Source: Mizuhopecten yessoensis (lineage: Eukaryota). From it: a stretch of 64,000 nucleotides of DNA. Position 1 is the stretch's first letter, and the number at the start of each line of letters is the position of its first letter. The DNA lies in assembly GCF_002113885.1 (NCBI RefSeq), contig NW_018405641.1, positions 363,434 through 427,433 on the forward strand, given 5' to 3'. Of the stretch, positions 39,901 to 53,400 are shown piece by piece. The notes under the pieces are model-generated. The model saw only the letters and a list, made by a program, of their open reading frames with translations. It ran no database searches and was not told the origin of the DNA. Position numbers and translations under genes: made by a program.

Positions 39901-42286
39901 ATTTCCAAAATTGCTGTACGTCTTCATATGTTTCGATTTTTTTTAGACATAGATAAACATATTATTTTACTGTTAGTACTGATGATTTGTCCTAAATGGG
40001 CGAAAATAATCGAGCGTAGTACTGTTTACTTGACCTGTTGCATCGGCTCACTAGACATTTTAAAATAGGCGATTCCTTTCTCTGTACTCTTGTGATTATT
40101 TTAGGTAAAAAGGTGGTTAACTCCTTGGTGGTGGTGGTGACGGGGGTGGGGAGGTTTCATACAAACCCTCGAGGTTGGCCGCGCCCTTGTAACTGGAGAT
40201 AGTGGATGTCATATATCATCTGTTGTTACTAAGAATACCGAACGTTATAAAGATTTTCTGGGCACCTTTCCCTTATTACTGTATCCCTCCATCAGCTTCA
40301 GACCAATGTAGACATGGATTAACACCGATAATTTCTAAATGGTCAAAATGGTGCAGAGCAAATTTTTGTTTACCTCGCTTGTCTCTTTGTAACGACTCAC
40401 TTAGATTGTTTCCTTTTTAAATAGGTGCTTCCTTTTCTGTATCTCTAGTCATGTCTTTGTCACCTTCTTTACGACAAATAAGTGTGATAAATGCAAAAAT
40501 GGCCATATGGAGCTGTAAATCGTTAACTTGACTTATTATTATCATTTTTTATTATTTGAAGCAAATGCTGCAAATATAACCAATACATAGGTTGGTCAGA
40601 GAACTGATAATATTTAGAGGATATCATAAGAATCGACATTTTTCTGTTTGAATCTGTACATATGTTTTTGTTTTATTCTTTCAGAAAACATATGAAATTA
40701 CAAAGCAGCTTTCAAAAGAGTCTGCAAAGAGCATGGTAGAGGCAATTATGGCAAGTTTACATAATATTGGAGTTCCACAAAGTACACAGGTAAATATATA
40801 CAGTATGTCAACATTATACATCATCAGTATCAATTTTGGTAGGGCTTTACAGGTATGGATATTTAGAATATAATCAACAATTATGTGTTTTCCCTCTGAA
40901 GATTCCTATTTTTCCATATTGGAATAAGCAATATTTCAAAGGCTAATTTGAATATAAAATTAATATTTAGTTCTGATCAAATTTCACCAAATTCTGATAG
41001 TTATTCACGGTGAAAAAATATGTAATTCTTCAATAATATTCATCAGTTTAGAAATATGTAATATCAAAGTTTTACTTTATACACACACAATGTACGTATT
41101 TAAGGTGTCGCAACGTTTCAAGGCCGACTGGTCGGTCTCTTTGACACGCTATGACTGAGTGAGCGATCTTCAGTCATATATACTATAAAAAATTACCTCC
41201 TCGTTACAATCCTTATCTCCTTCTGTTATCGTCTTATATCTACTATTTTAATGTGTTTTCGATTTGTGTTGACGCTATGCTATACTTACATATAACTACA
41301 TGTTACTATAACAGTATACACACGATAACAGAGCTTGGTATATTTTAGCTTAGTGGACATGCGGCCGACAGTGCGGGGACTCTGTTGGCTCATGTCCATG
41401 CGATCAGAAGGGAGAACGTGGAAATGTCCATACCCCAAATCAAACAGGTAAATTCACCAACGGTACAGACATTAAACTTATTGAACGTTTCTAATTATCT
41501 CTTTCTTCCTGGACACATTTGGGACAATACTTAAAGCATATATTACAAGACAAAAAAATATTATCAGAAATTTATATTTACAGCCAACAGCTTAGTCTTG
41601 ACAAACGTGAACAGTGTACATAATTACAATATCAATCATAAAAATCATACATAAGTTCATCTGAAATTCAATTTATTCTCGGTTTTACGAAAATATTTGT
41701 TTAACGAGGATCTTGCTTTTTTAATCAAACAACTGGAATTACTTGGAAAAATGTTTCCCCTGGCTTTTGCCCTTGAACATGTCTTTTTAACGTCTCCATT
41801 TTCACTTACTGTCTATTGTCTTCTATTCAACCTTCAATGGTATGACGTCATATCGATTGTCTTAAATATGACGTCATAATGGGTGTAATTACATGACGAA
41901 ATACAAAAAAACACGTTAGTTCTGTGATGAAAAACTTTATAAGAACTTTATTTCAATATCGACCTTTCAGAAAGTTACATATTTCGATTATTTCGTATAC
42001 ATTTTTTCAGGAATGCTGCAAGGAGATGAAGACCCTAGACAAAAGGTCACAGCCATGCGTCTATCAGTATGCGACACAGTGTGCCCGCCTCACGTGGCTG
42101 ATGAACATTCAGGATCCTCCTCTTGTCCTAAAGTGGGCGAAAGAGGGGGAGCCCTTCCAGTCCCAGTACTTCAGCGAATATACATCGAGGGGCACTACAG
42201 TGGACTTCACCGCGTGGCCAGCCCTTTTAATCCAGGAAAATGGTGCAATACTAGCAAAAGGGATTGCTCAACCAAAGAGGAAATAA
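36925..42286 (+). CDS. Divergent MIEAP/SPATA18-domain paralog, ~398 aa, 7 coding exons
   Basis: Exons 36925-37086, 37756-37878, 38984-39213, 39564-39765, 40685-40789, 41349-41447 and 42011-42286 give a 1197-nt open frame. Motifs RLSSVVGAKLTAGNTSLADLSDPNRPTSIAEQHRELYNDVW and YATQCARLTWLMNIQDPPL...AWPALLIQENGAILAKG. The first two exons are less certain. Confidence 0.85.
41029..41167 (-). mobile_element. Second copy of the Penelope-like terminal fragment
   Basis: Homologous to 10347-10481. Confidence 0.4.
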
Positions 42287-42966
42287 CTTCATATGAGTGA
42301 TAAGGATTGTCAGCAAACCTAACGAGATGAGATCCGTTCGATAAATAAGATGTTGCTTTTCAGACATTTAGTTCAGGACACATATACAGTAAACAGTAGT
42401 ACGTGACAGCACTTAGCCAAGAACAGACTATATATATATATATATATTAGATTGCTAGTCATTTGCATCTGCAGTTTTTTTCACTCCGTCCACAACATAT
42501 AGGTGCGTGTAATATTAACATTTTATATGCTATATTAGAAGAGAGAATTACCATGGCTTTACGCAAGAAATAATATAAAGCATCGTTCCTAAGTCATACA
42601 AGTATTCCCTGAATCCACGGTAACTAGACTATGAGGATTATATTAGAGGGAAGTAGATTATAAAGGAGAAACACGAAACACTTAGTCAAAGACAAGTTTT
42701 GCTGTATGTTCCCTCGTGTCTCTGGCATGAGGATTTAATATCCAAGGTATTTGTTTTACGATAAACGAGATAATAATGGTTTTGAACACGGTTTGTAAAA
42801 ACCAAGAGATAAACAGAATTAATACAGTAGCAAAACAAATAATTTCCGCAAATAGACAATAAAGTTATTTATAAAAGGAATCTTATCAGCTTTCAATCTC
42901 TTTATATTCTGTAGTCAAGGTATCGAGATAAAATTTGCAGGATTCAAATTTCATTTCGAAATCCCA

Positions 42967-44420
42967 TTATTCTCGGTGGTAAGTGATGAGGTATTCCGGG
43001 TAGCATTGCTCTGCAGCATATACGACGAACTCTCGGAAGAGCCAGTTCCCATCCCCCACGACAGAGTCGAAGTGTCCGTGACCGCAGGTGCATTTGTCCT
43101 TAAGGCACGTGGTACTTCGACAGGGTGGTCGGCGGTACTTCGTAGGGTTTGGGTCCTTACACACGAACATGTTGCCCAGCAACATGCGTACGAGCAGCAT
43201 TGTCTTTGAGCCGGGCGATCTTTGCTGTTTATGATCTGCAACAGGTGATATAAAGGTGTAACAGGGATTTAGAGATTAACGAGTTATTCTTGCCTTGAAA
43301 AGCATTATATCATATTATAGTTAGCTTTAAAATTAAGACTGTTCAGTATCATAATTTGATGTACAAATCTGTTCAGTTAAGACACTCAATGTCATAAGAT
43401 CCGAAAAACATGTGAAAACGAAGATATATGTCGTCTTTTATAAAACATAGAAGACAAGACTAAAACTTAGTACACAACCTACGATATCATATATTTTTGA
43501 TATTCTTATAAGCATGTATCAACCTTACTTGTAAGGAAACTTGGTAGGTCAATGTTAGGTCCCATGTGTGTTCGTCTTAACTTAGTAAACCTATTCAAAC
43601 CTATCGCGATTGCTGTCTCTCTCGATAACACGGGTTAAATAAGTCGCACATGGTTCGATTAAGATATGTCAGACTAAGGTAAAAGAGGTATCGTCCTTAC
43701 CAGCGTATTGGTCCGCCTTTGTTGATGTTTCAGCACCATATATCCCCATTCCAAACATGGCCTTCTCATCGCTCATCCTACAATCTAATCCCTGTTGAAT
43801 TACGGTCTGTACGATTTCCGGCTTTGTTCCATGGAACAGGTAGTGTTCGTTGATCTCCGGAAATATATCATCATAAAGTATGGCCCCATTTGTAGGTGAC
43901 GTATCGATTGCCCCTTTGGTTTGCACACGGATGTTTTCGAGTGATCTTAGAGCTGTTGCCCCCTCTTCCGCCAACATTCTGAACTGCTCCTGACGTTTTG
44001 TTGCATATCTATTGTACACGTCAATATTCTCAATGCGCTCAACCTTGTCTACTTTTATCCGTTTGTGTCTGAGATTGACCGCGTCCCGTCCCTGTCCAAC
44101 CAGCTTATTGTCCCACGTGGTTTGTACCAGACTCTCGATCGCCTTCTTGGTGGAGGCGTCTACGGGAACTACTGACCATCGCTTTACTGCCCTGCTGTTC
44201 TTTGACAGGACCGTCAGGGGAGTGTTTGCTTTGAACTTGGTCCAATACGGAGGACTGATTGGACTGTCGTGTGCCAGTTTGAACCAGCTTGATGGAGAAC
44301 ACCGCAGAGGCTTTCTAATCTTAGATGAATCTCCACTTGATAGCATACTTGTCAGATGCTTTGCGGTTTTTGACACCTGTGTTTTCTCTCCCTTTAGTAC
44401 AACATGTTTTCCAGATTGGT
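42967..44420 (-). other. PARP catalytic domain (last two exons), H-Y-E triad
   Basis: LFHGT (H), GIYGA (Y) and REFVVY (E) across the intron 43236-43700. Confidence 0.92.
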
Positions 44421-47400
44421 CTGAAATTTTAAAAAATACAGGTAAACGACATCAATTATTTTGTCGAGTTAGTTTAAACCATACCATGAAAGTCTCATTA
44501 GATTTCTTTCATATACGTTATGAGCACATGTTATTGGACTTTAAGATACACTTTATTGAAGTTTACTGTTCTTTCTTTTTTTACTAAACACTACACATAA
44601 GTTGAAAATTTGCTTTGTACCATTCAAACCCATACACAACTTACCAAACTCCATCTTCATGGGGGTCTTTGTATGTTCCTCAGCTATATTATACAGTTTT
44701 GTTTTGGTCCGTATAGATATGCTAGTGGGTATTTTCACATTATTGGTACTCAGGAATTCAGCTTTCATAGCGCCAGTAAGCTCTTTTTTAAGTCTGTTCA
44801 CCTTCCGACTGCCGCATGCCGACAGCTCTATCGAACACCCAACCGTCTCTTTTGAGGCACGTGACTGACTAGTAGCTGTTTTAGTTTTGTGCGTTCCCTT
44901 ATCTATTTCAAAAAACAAGACATATTGGAATAGAGTGTAACGTTAGTTGTATTATAATAGATGGTTATAAAAGAGAGTAGAATTTACAAGTTAGATAAAC
45001 ATCATCTAAGGATCCCCGTACCACTGCCAAAACGGTAACTTTTTTGGGGCATAATTTAGCTTTGATAAATAATAATGTGTCCTGTTTCAACTTTGCTTGT
45101 TATATCCAAACGGAAGTTAATGGGAGGTTAGTCTAAACAGGAAAAATCACAATGCAGTGGGACATTGATCTTTAAAACTGTATTACCGTTATCGAGGTGT
45201 AGGACACTATAACAAATATTAGTGGGACATGGATCTTTAAAACTGTATAACCGTTATCGAGGTGTAGAACACTATAGCAAATATCAGTGGGACATGGATC
45301 TTTAATGCTGTATTACCGTTATCGAGAGGTGTAGAACACTATAGCAAATATCAGTGGGACGTGGATCTTTAATGCTGTATTACCGTTATCGAGGTGTATA
45401 TCACTATAACAAATATCAGTGGGACAGGGATCTTTAATGCTGTATTACCGTTATCGAGAGGTGTAGAACACTATAACAAATATCAGTGGGACAGGGATCT
45501 TTAATGCTGTATTACCGTTATCGAGGTGTAGAACATTATAACAAATATCAGTGGGACGGGGATTTTTAATACTGTATTACCGTTATCGAAGTGTAGAACA
45601 CTATAACTAATATCAGTGGGACAGGGATCTTTAATGCTGTATTACCGTTATCGAAGTGTAGAACACTATAACTAATATCGGTGGGACAGGGATCTTTAAT
45701 GCTGTATTACTGTTATCGAGGTGTAGAACACTATAACAAATATCAGTGGGACAGGGATCTTTAAGGCTGTATTACCGTTATCTAAGTGTAGAACACTATA
45801 ACTAATATCAGTGGGACAGGGATCTTTAATGCTGTATTACTGTTATCGAGGTGTAGAACACTATAACAAATATCAGTGGGACAGGGATCTTTAAAACTGT
45901 ATTACCGTTATCGAGGTGTAGAACACTATAACAAATATCAGAACTGTCGAAATATTATCCATTTAGACGTAGAACGAGTATCAGCACTTCACTTTAGTGG
46001 ACTATATCATAATAGATAAAACGATAGTATCTTACGCAATTCTTTGGCTAACTCGTCATAGGTCTTGTCATCGAACGCCACGATCGTCACTTCCTGTAAA
46101 TTCATGAAATTCCTTAAAAGCTTACATCATCTTTTCTTGTATCCTCCGAACTTTTACAGATATTGAATACTTATAGTAGGAAGCTGGTAGAATTATAACT
46201 CTACTTTTTTACGCTGAAGATATTAGCAATAATTACGAGAACGAGAATATTTCCCTTACTGCAACATCAAATAGCTGATAAAATACATGTACATTATATT
46301 CTATCAAGGAATAACAGCCACAAGGAAGAAACCTGCTAAAAAGGGGCGTTAAACACACTAAATAAATACACAAACAACACCCCTTTTAACCAGAAACTTT
46401 TCTCGCATTAAGACACATAAAAAGTTACATCCGACTTAACGATCGGCTAAAGAGATCGAAAACATTAAATAAGAACTTCACATAGCGAAGTTCGATGGTG
46501 ATAGTCGGAGAGGTCAGTGTTCACTGTATTGTCATGTCAAATTTCAGAAACAATCACTTTATTGCAATGTAAAATTTCAGAAACAATCACTGTATTGCAA
46601 TGTAAAATTTCAGAAACAATCACTGTATTGTAATGTCAAATTTCAGAAATAATCACTGTATTGTAATGTCAAATTTCAAAAATAATCACTGTATTGCAAT
46701 GTCAAATTTCAGAAACAATCACTGTATTGTAATGTAAAATTTCAGAAACAATCATTGTATTGTAATGTCAAATTTCAGAAACAATCACTGTATTGTAATG
46801 TCAAATTTCAGAAACAGTCACTGTATTGTAATGTAAAATTTCAGAAACAATCACTATATTGCAATGTAAAATTTCAGAAACAATCACTGTATTGCAATGT
46901 CAAATTTCAGAAACAATCACTGTATTGTAATGTCAAATTTCAGAAATAATCACTGTATTGTAATGCAAATTTCAGAAATAATCACTGTATTGTAATGTCA
47001 AATTTCAGAAACAATCACTGTATTGCAATGTCAAATTTAAGAAACAATCACTGTATTGTAATGTCAAATTTCAGAAATAATCACTGTATTGTAATGTCAA
47101 ATTTCAGAAACAATCACTGTATTGCAATGTCAAATTTCAGAAACAATCACTGTATTGTAATGTCAAATTTCAGAAATAATCACTTTATTGCAATGTCAAA
47201 TTTCAGAAACAATCACTGTATTGTAATGTAAAATTTCAGAAGCAATCACTGTATTGTTATGTCAAGTTTCAGAAATAATCACTGTATTGTAATGCCAAAT
47301 ATCAGAAACAATCACTGTATTGTAATGTCGAATTTCAGAAATAATCACTGTATTGTAATGTCAAATTTCAGAAATAATCACTGTATTGTAATGTCAAATT

Positions 47401-50400
47401 TCAGAAATAATCACTGTATTGTAATGTCAAATTTCAGAAACAATCACTGTATTGTAATGTCAAATTTCAGAAACAATCACTGTATTGTAATGTCAAATTT
47501 CAGAAACAATCACTGTATTGTAATGTCAAATTTCAGAAACAATCACTGTATTGTAATGTCAAATTTCAGAAACAATCACTATATTGCAATGTAAAATTTC
47601 AGAAAAAATCACTGTATTGTAATGTCAAATTTCAGAAACAATCACTGTATTGTAATGTCAAATTTCAGAAACAATCACTGTATTGTAATGTCAAATTTCA
47701 GAAACAATCACTGTATTGTAATGTCAAATTTCAGAAACAATCACTGTATTGTAATGTCAAATTTCAGAAACAATCACTGTATTGTAATGCCAAATTTAAG
47801 AAACAATCACTGTATTCTAATGTCAAATTTCAGAAGTAATCACTGTATTGTAATGCCAAATTTCAGAAACAATCACTGTATTGTAATGTCGAATTTCAGA
47901 AATAATCACTGTATTGTAATGTCAAATTTCAGAAACAATCACTGTATTGTAATGTCAAATTTCAGAAATAATCACTGTATTTTAATTTTAAAATTCAGAA
48001 ACAATCACTGTATTTCAATGACCATTATCAGAACTTCTCGTTGTATTACAATGTCTAATTTCAGAAATTATCATTGTATTACAATGTCTAATTTCAAAAG
48101 TTATCATTGTATTACAATGCCCAATTTAAGAAACAATCACTATATTACAATGTTCAATTTCAAAACTCATATTTAAACAGTGTATAACAATGTCCAATTT
48201 CGGAACTTATCTTTGTTTTACAATGTCCTATTACAGAACAAATCAATGTATAAATGTGTCCGATTTCAGAACTGCAACAAACTTACAAACAAAGAAACTC
48301 AAATGTCTATCAGATTGGTGTGACCTAAACTCACCTTTGTATTGATGGTTCTGTAAAATATATGTCAATGTAGTGACCAAGACCAACAAACAAAATATAT
48401 CAAACTATCGGCCAGGGATCATGCATTTGAATTGTCATTTTTATTGGAACAGTCTGAGCAAAAGATTGAAAGTTTTAACTCTTGGTTGTAACATTGTATA
48501 TTGCCCAGTTTTCGGCACGGGGTTGTCAAATATATGATATTATGACATAATGTTTATAACTCCGGAAGTCCCCCTGAACATACACGGAAATTATTGAAAG
48601 TTCATCGCGTGGGTTGGACTAAAATCAACCAACGAATACAGTAACTTGACCTTTACCTCTGGTTAATATGAATCAGTGTACTAGTCATGGTAATACTGAT
48701 CAACCAAAACATATCATCAACGTAAAAAATAAAGTGTTGATCGGTACAGTATGATGGGGTTGGAAACCTAAATGCTATCCCAATAGCATTCATATGAACA
48801 TAAGGTCCATACAATATTTCCGTACATAAATTATATCAAAGTGATATCTAATTTTGTACGCATACGCTTGAAATGCGTTCCCAAATACATTCATAATATA
48901 TTCGCTACCATTCCGTAGTATTTGGGTTAGTGTTTTGGAATTCAAAACAAATTTGAGAATATCTGTTGGAAAACTTAGTTGTTCACCATCAGACACGTGT
49001 CGACACATACCTTAAGGGGTTTTTTCGAGCTTTTTAAGACCTTGACCGTGGTGTCCATGGTTATGGCGATAGCCGAGTGGAGGGGATACTGAAGCATTTT
49101 ACCACAACCCATCACTGGTAGGACAATCGTTCCAAAACCAAGGTCAGCTGCCTTTTTGAATACTGATTCCAAGATGATAGTAAATTTCTGAAAATATATA
49201 TTAAATACTTTGAATAAAAACAGAATCTTTGGTGAAATATTCTACAAAATCATCTGAAAGATGTAGTAAGATAGAGCATTGGTTAGCGCACTCGCCTTTT
49301 ACTACTTTTACCACTGTTTTATTCCCAGATGATAAACATTTTGGGGTCACTTGCTCGACCAAGTGGGCTTCCTCCAACATATCCCCTACACGCTACCCAC
49401 TGGACTAACAAGAGTGATAAATACAAGTTGATAAGCTTCTGTAACCGGGCTAATACGAAGTCTTTAAAGAGTGCGGTGAATCGGATTCCCCACCATGAGA
49501 TGTGTATACAAACTTCGAGCACATGACCTGTTTTGTCAGTGATTGTCACCAAACTTTTGTGAAATCCCACCCTCGGCTTGCGACGTGGTTTGATTTATTT
49601 TTTTCAATAAGATTTTTGGGATGAGATAGGGGAATCTCAACCAGGAGACGATTCTTAAGTTGTCAAGCACAAGGCTTGCCAAGTCTTTGGCAACTTCATA
49701 ATCTTTCCCCGAGGGTTGAGATACCATAGTCTCGTCTCCAGTGGGTGAAAGATTATTGTTATTTTACCATGTTCATACTATCATTAACGCAATACAACGT
49801 TGACTTTTCAAGCTCAATGCATTTTGATGTGGCGTTTATGCATTGTTGACGTGACGTTGTACAATTGTTTTAATAGGGAAATCCCCGTCTCAGGCACCTG
49901 TCCAGATTAAGAGAAAGCATAATCTCGCTTAGGTACAGGTTATTGATTTTGTTAGACAATCCAATATCGATAGGCAGATATACAGAGAGCAATGTCGGCT
50001 AGTTAGTTAACTTCTCATTCAATGCAGCCAAAACAAAATTACAGAATAGGGACGGCCAATAAACAATTTTACTAATTTTGTTTTGTTTTTGTGTTGAAAA
50101 GGTGAAAGCGTCCTAACAAATTGTCCATTCGAAGAAAAGGCTTGTTCAGCACGTTCAGCGAATGCTTACATTATGAACAAAACCAGCAGTAAAAGACAAA
50201 CCACTGCATTTCCGTGAACTCTATTGCAGAATAAATCGTGCAAGATCATTCCAAACTAGAAATCAAAGTCCTATGAGTTGTATTACCTTCCCGAATGTCT
50301 ATTGAAACAAATTCTTGCAGTTTCTTTTAGCTACGTCATTCACAAACAAGTCATTATTTTAAGTCAAAGATTCCATTGTCTCCTGAGAATGAAATCTAAT

Positions 50401-53400
50401 ACTAAAACAATACCTAAAAATAGACTGAAATGGACCATGAGGAATAACTCGGGGAATCACATCTACAGTTCAATCTAAGAACTTTGAGAAAATTGTGTCT
50501 CCGCTGATGGAGGTCCATCTCCATGTATGTAGTCTCCATGACTACCGCAAACGACCGATCCCAAAGGGACATTTGACTAAGGCGCTTCTATAATGACACG
50601 GCTGCCTGAAGTGGAGAGCGGTGCTTGGACTTGCCCACTTGATTTTACGTTATTGACCGTTGCCTAGGTTCAAACGTCCGATGCATTATGCAAAATAGTG
50701 AAAGGCGACAGCGTTTACCCATAATTCGCAATTAAGGTTAACGCACAGACAAGCAGTTCAACTAATAACAATGACAGAAAAATTCGGAATCAATTTATAA
50801 GCATGCAAACAAATTTCAATATTACACATGGGCCTTTCCGTAACCTAGCCAAACGGAATACATAACTGAGAAGCCATAACCTGATCGGACAGAAGACAAG
50901 ACTAAAGCGCTATACCTGGTCAGAAGACGAGTTCTGTCGCTGTGGCAGTACCATGGTGATGAGGTGTTTACATGACAACTTTCCCCCGTCACATCCAATA
51001 GTCCCGTTACCATCATACACTAGCATGGCGGTCTGGTATGCCTGTAAAACACAAATACCGCTCAACTGTCCGTAAATTAAAAATAACTTGAGTGGACATC
51101 AAGTGTTATCTATCTATATATGTAAATGCAATGATGCGTCTTTGACAAATATGTTATCTCACAAAATATTGAAACATCAATTTGGTAACGAATTAGGTGA
51201 ATGGGTCGGGATCCCTTAACATTACCTGTGTGAGTTCGTCGCCACCTCTCTTGGCGTATGCCTTGGATATCAAACCTGTCTGTAGCTCCAGGCTGTCTCC
51301 TACAACGTTCACCAAAACGTCCGCCTGACAACATACAGTGTGCATAACTGTACAAGTGGTAGATCATATGTGTATATGTTAAAAGTAGGATACAGATGAG
51401 ATATCTAAAACATATGGTTCACAAGACAAATTCTATATTTCGCATTTTATAAAAAAATAAATATGAAATACACTCATTTCGGGATAATTTTGAACTGAAA
51501 CAAGAGCTAAGATGAAGTCAATTACTCAATTCTCAACACCTAAACCATTTATATAGCAATGCGTCTCGGGGTTAAACTGGGTTTTTTCTGTGTTTTATAA
51601 TATACCATCAAACAATTTAATATTCAGAAGAAAAAAAACCAAGGATACATTATGTACACCTTTGAGGTATTGTCAAAAATGTACTTGTATGCTCACATCC
51701 ATTTAGACACAATATATTCTGAAACAGAAGTTACAATGAATTACCTGAAAAAAAATTGGTATCAAAAATGAACAAAGGAAAAAATTCTGTGAACAGTGGA
51801 ATATGAAACTTGAAATCAATCTCCCCGATATTTGTAAGTTAAAACGTTTACTGGACGGAAGTGCACATTTTGCTCCAGACAGACTTTGATATCGAAACAA
51901 CGGGCCATAATTCTATATAAATTTGGATATGAGATCCTACCTAAGTCATCAACACTCAGACCTCCCAGGATAAACAGGTATAGCAATGATGAACTAAGGT
52001 GAAATAAATGTGGAGTTGTGCCCCCCAACAAACTTTTGTATCAAATTTTGAAAAAAAAGGAGCATAACTCTATCTAAAGTTGGACGTACGTAGACACATC
52101 GACATTCTGACTTAACAACATATATAAGTTAGTTAATGTAGGTGAAACGATTCAGCTATACTTTGTTCCTGCATTCACCTCTGTGTGTTTTACGTTCATC
52201 ATTATCCGCGGAGAAGACCCCGGATGTAAACGTTATGATTGGGGCGAATCAAAACAGAAAATCTTGAAAATTTACTGTGTAGTGGTTAACCCGAACAAAT
52301 GGTTATGTTTTTATATCAAGTATTTGCCTAATAATGAAGCCTATGAGAATCTAAACACCTGGTATGATACCAACCTACCTTTTCAAGAGAAACGTCCCCT
52401 TTCTTGACGGTCAGTTTGGTGCCACTTATGTTAATGGTGTCTGACCGATCGACTGGGCGTGCACGTGAATGTCTAATAGGGCGATCCTGATCTATGCAAA
52501 TGGTAGTAATGTTTCCAAGCCCAGGTTCCAAGGAAAATAATGGAAACATCATCCCCAGCGTATGGGAGACGTCGCGCGTAGGTTTTCTGTCTGTGCTGCT
52601 AAAATTACACAATATTATACAATACATATACGTGTATGCTCAGTTGTAAAGGTGATGTTGTTTATTTAACAAACAAAATGCATCATGCATTTGTGTGTGG
52701 TTACTTAATGTATATAGAAAAAGATAAATAAGTCATTTCATATACAAAGAAAACTACCTAATTTTTCATACACAGATAGCTAACTCATTTTATATACATA
52801 CATAACTAGCTTATTTTATATACACAGATAACTAACTAATTTTTTATACACTGATAACTAACTCATTTTATATACATACATAACTAGCTTATTTTATATA
52901 CACAGATAACTAACTAATTTTTTATACACTGATAACTTACTCATTTTATATACACAGATAACTAACTCATTTTATATACACTGATAACTTACTCATTTTA
53001 TATACACAAGTATTTCTATGAATGTCACTATCAATAATACCAGGATAATTGGAAACATACCTGACCTTTAACCTATCGTGTAAAGTGTGAACACCTACCC
53101 GGAAGTGGTATCCGACGTGGCGTGGGTTCGTATTGGTTTAATAGCTTTCTTTTTAAACTTGACGTCGATTTCACAGTCATTATCTTTTCGAAATTTGTCC
53201 AAAAATTGTTTACCAATAGAAGATTCCAGACACACTGATACCATCTTCTTCTCTTCGTCTAAAATGGGAATAAAATATCTTACTTCATATAAACATCATG
53301 TCACATCAATATCTACCCTGACTACAGCTTGTATTAGTTATAATAGAATAAATCGTTTACTTCCTTGGGGGAGAAATCAACACATCTCGACTCTTGGGTG

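Noticed and set aside
44012-44587. 191-aa + strand ORF
   Set aside because: Antisense shadow of the PARP exon.
45155-45941. CRISPR-like regular array
   Set aside because: Units are near-identical along their whole length with no unique spacers; eukaryotic intron and no cas genes.
46755-48176. MSNFRNNHCIV-repeat ORFs
   Set aside because: Translations of the 33-bp satellite, antisense within a PARP intron.
48335-48350. 16-nt candidate micro-exon on the - strand (TACAG|AACCATCAATACAAAG|GTGAG)
   Set aside because: It would frameshift the macrodomain, which joins cleanly without it (PLK|EVTIV). At most a poison exon, and unsupported.
49320-49740. Possible decayed DIRS-type tyrosine recombinase end (HSL..., AH-WSS)
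   Set aside because: Needs several frameshifts to read; too degenerate to call without a profile search.
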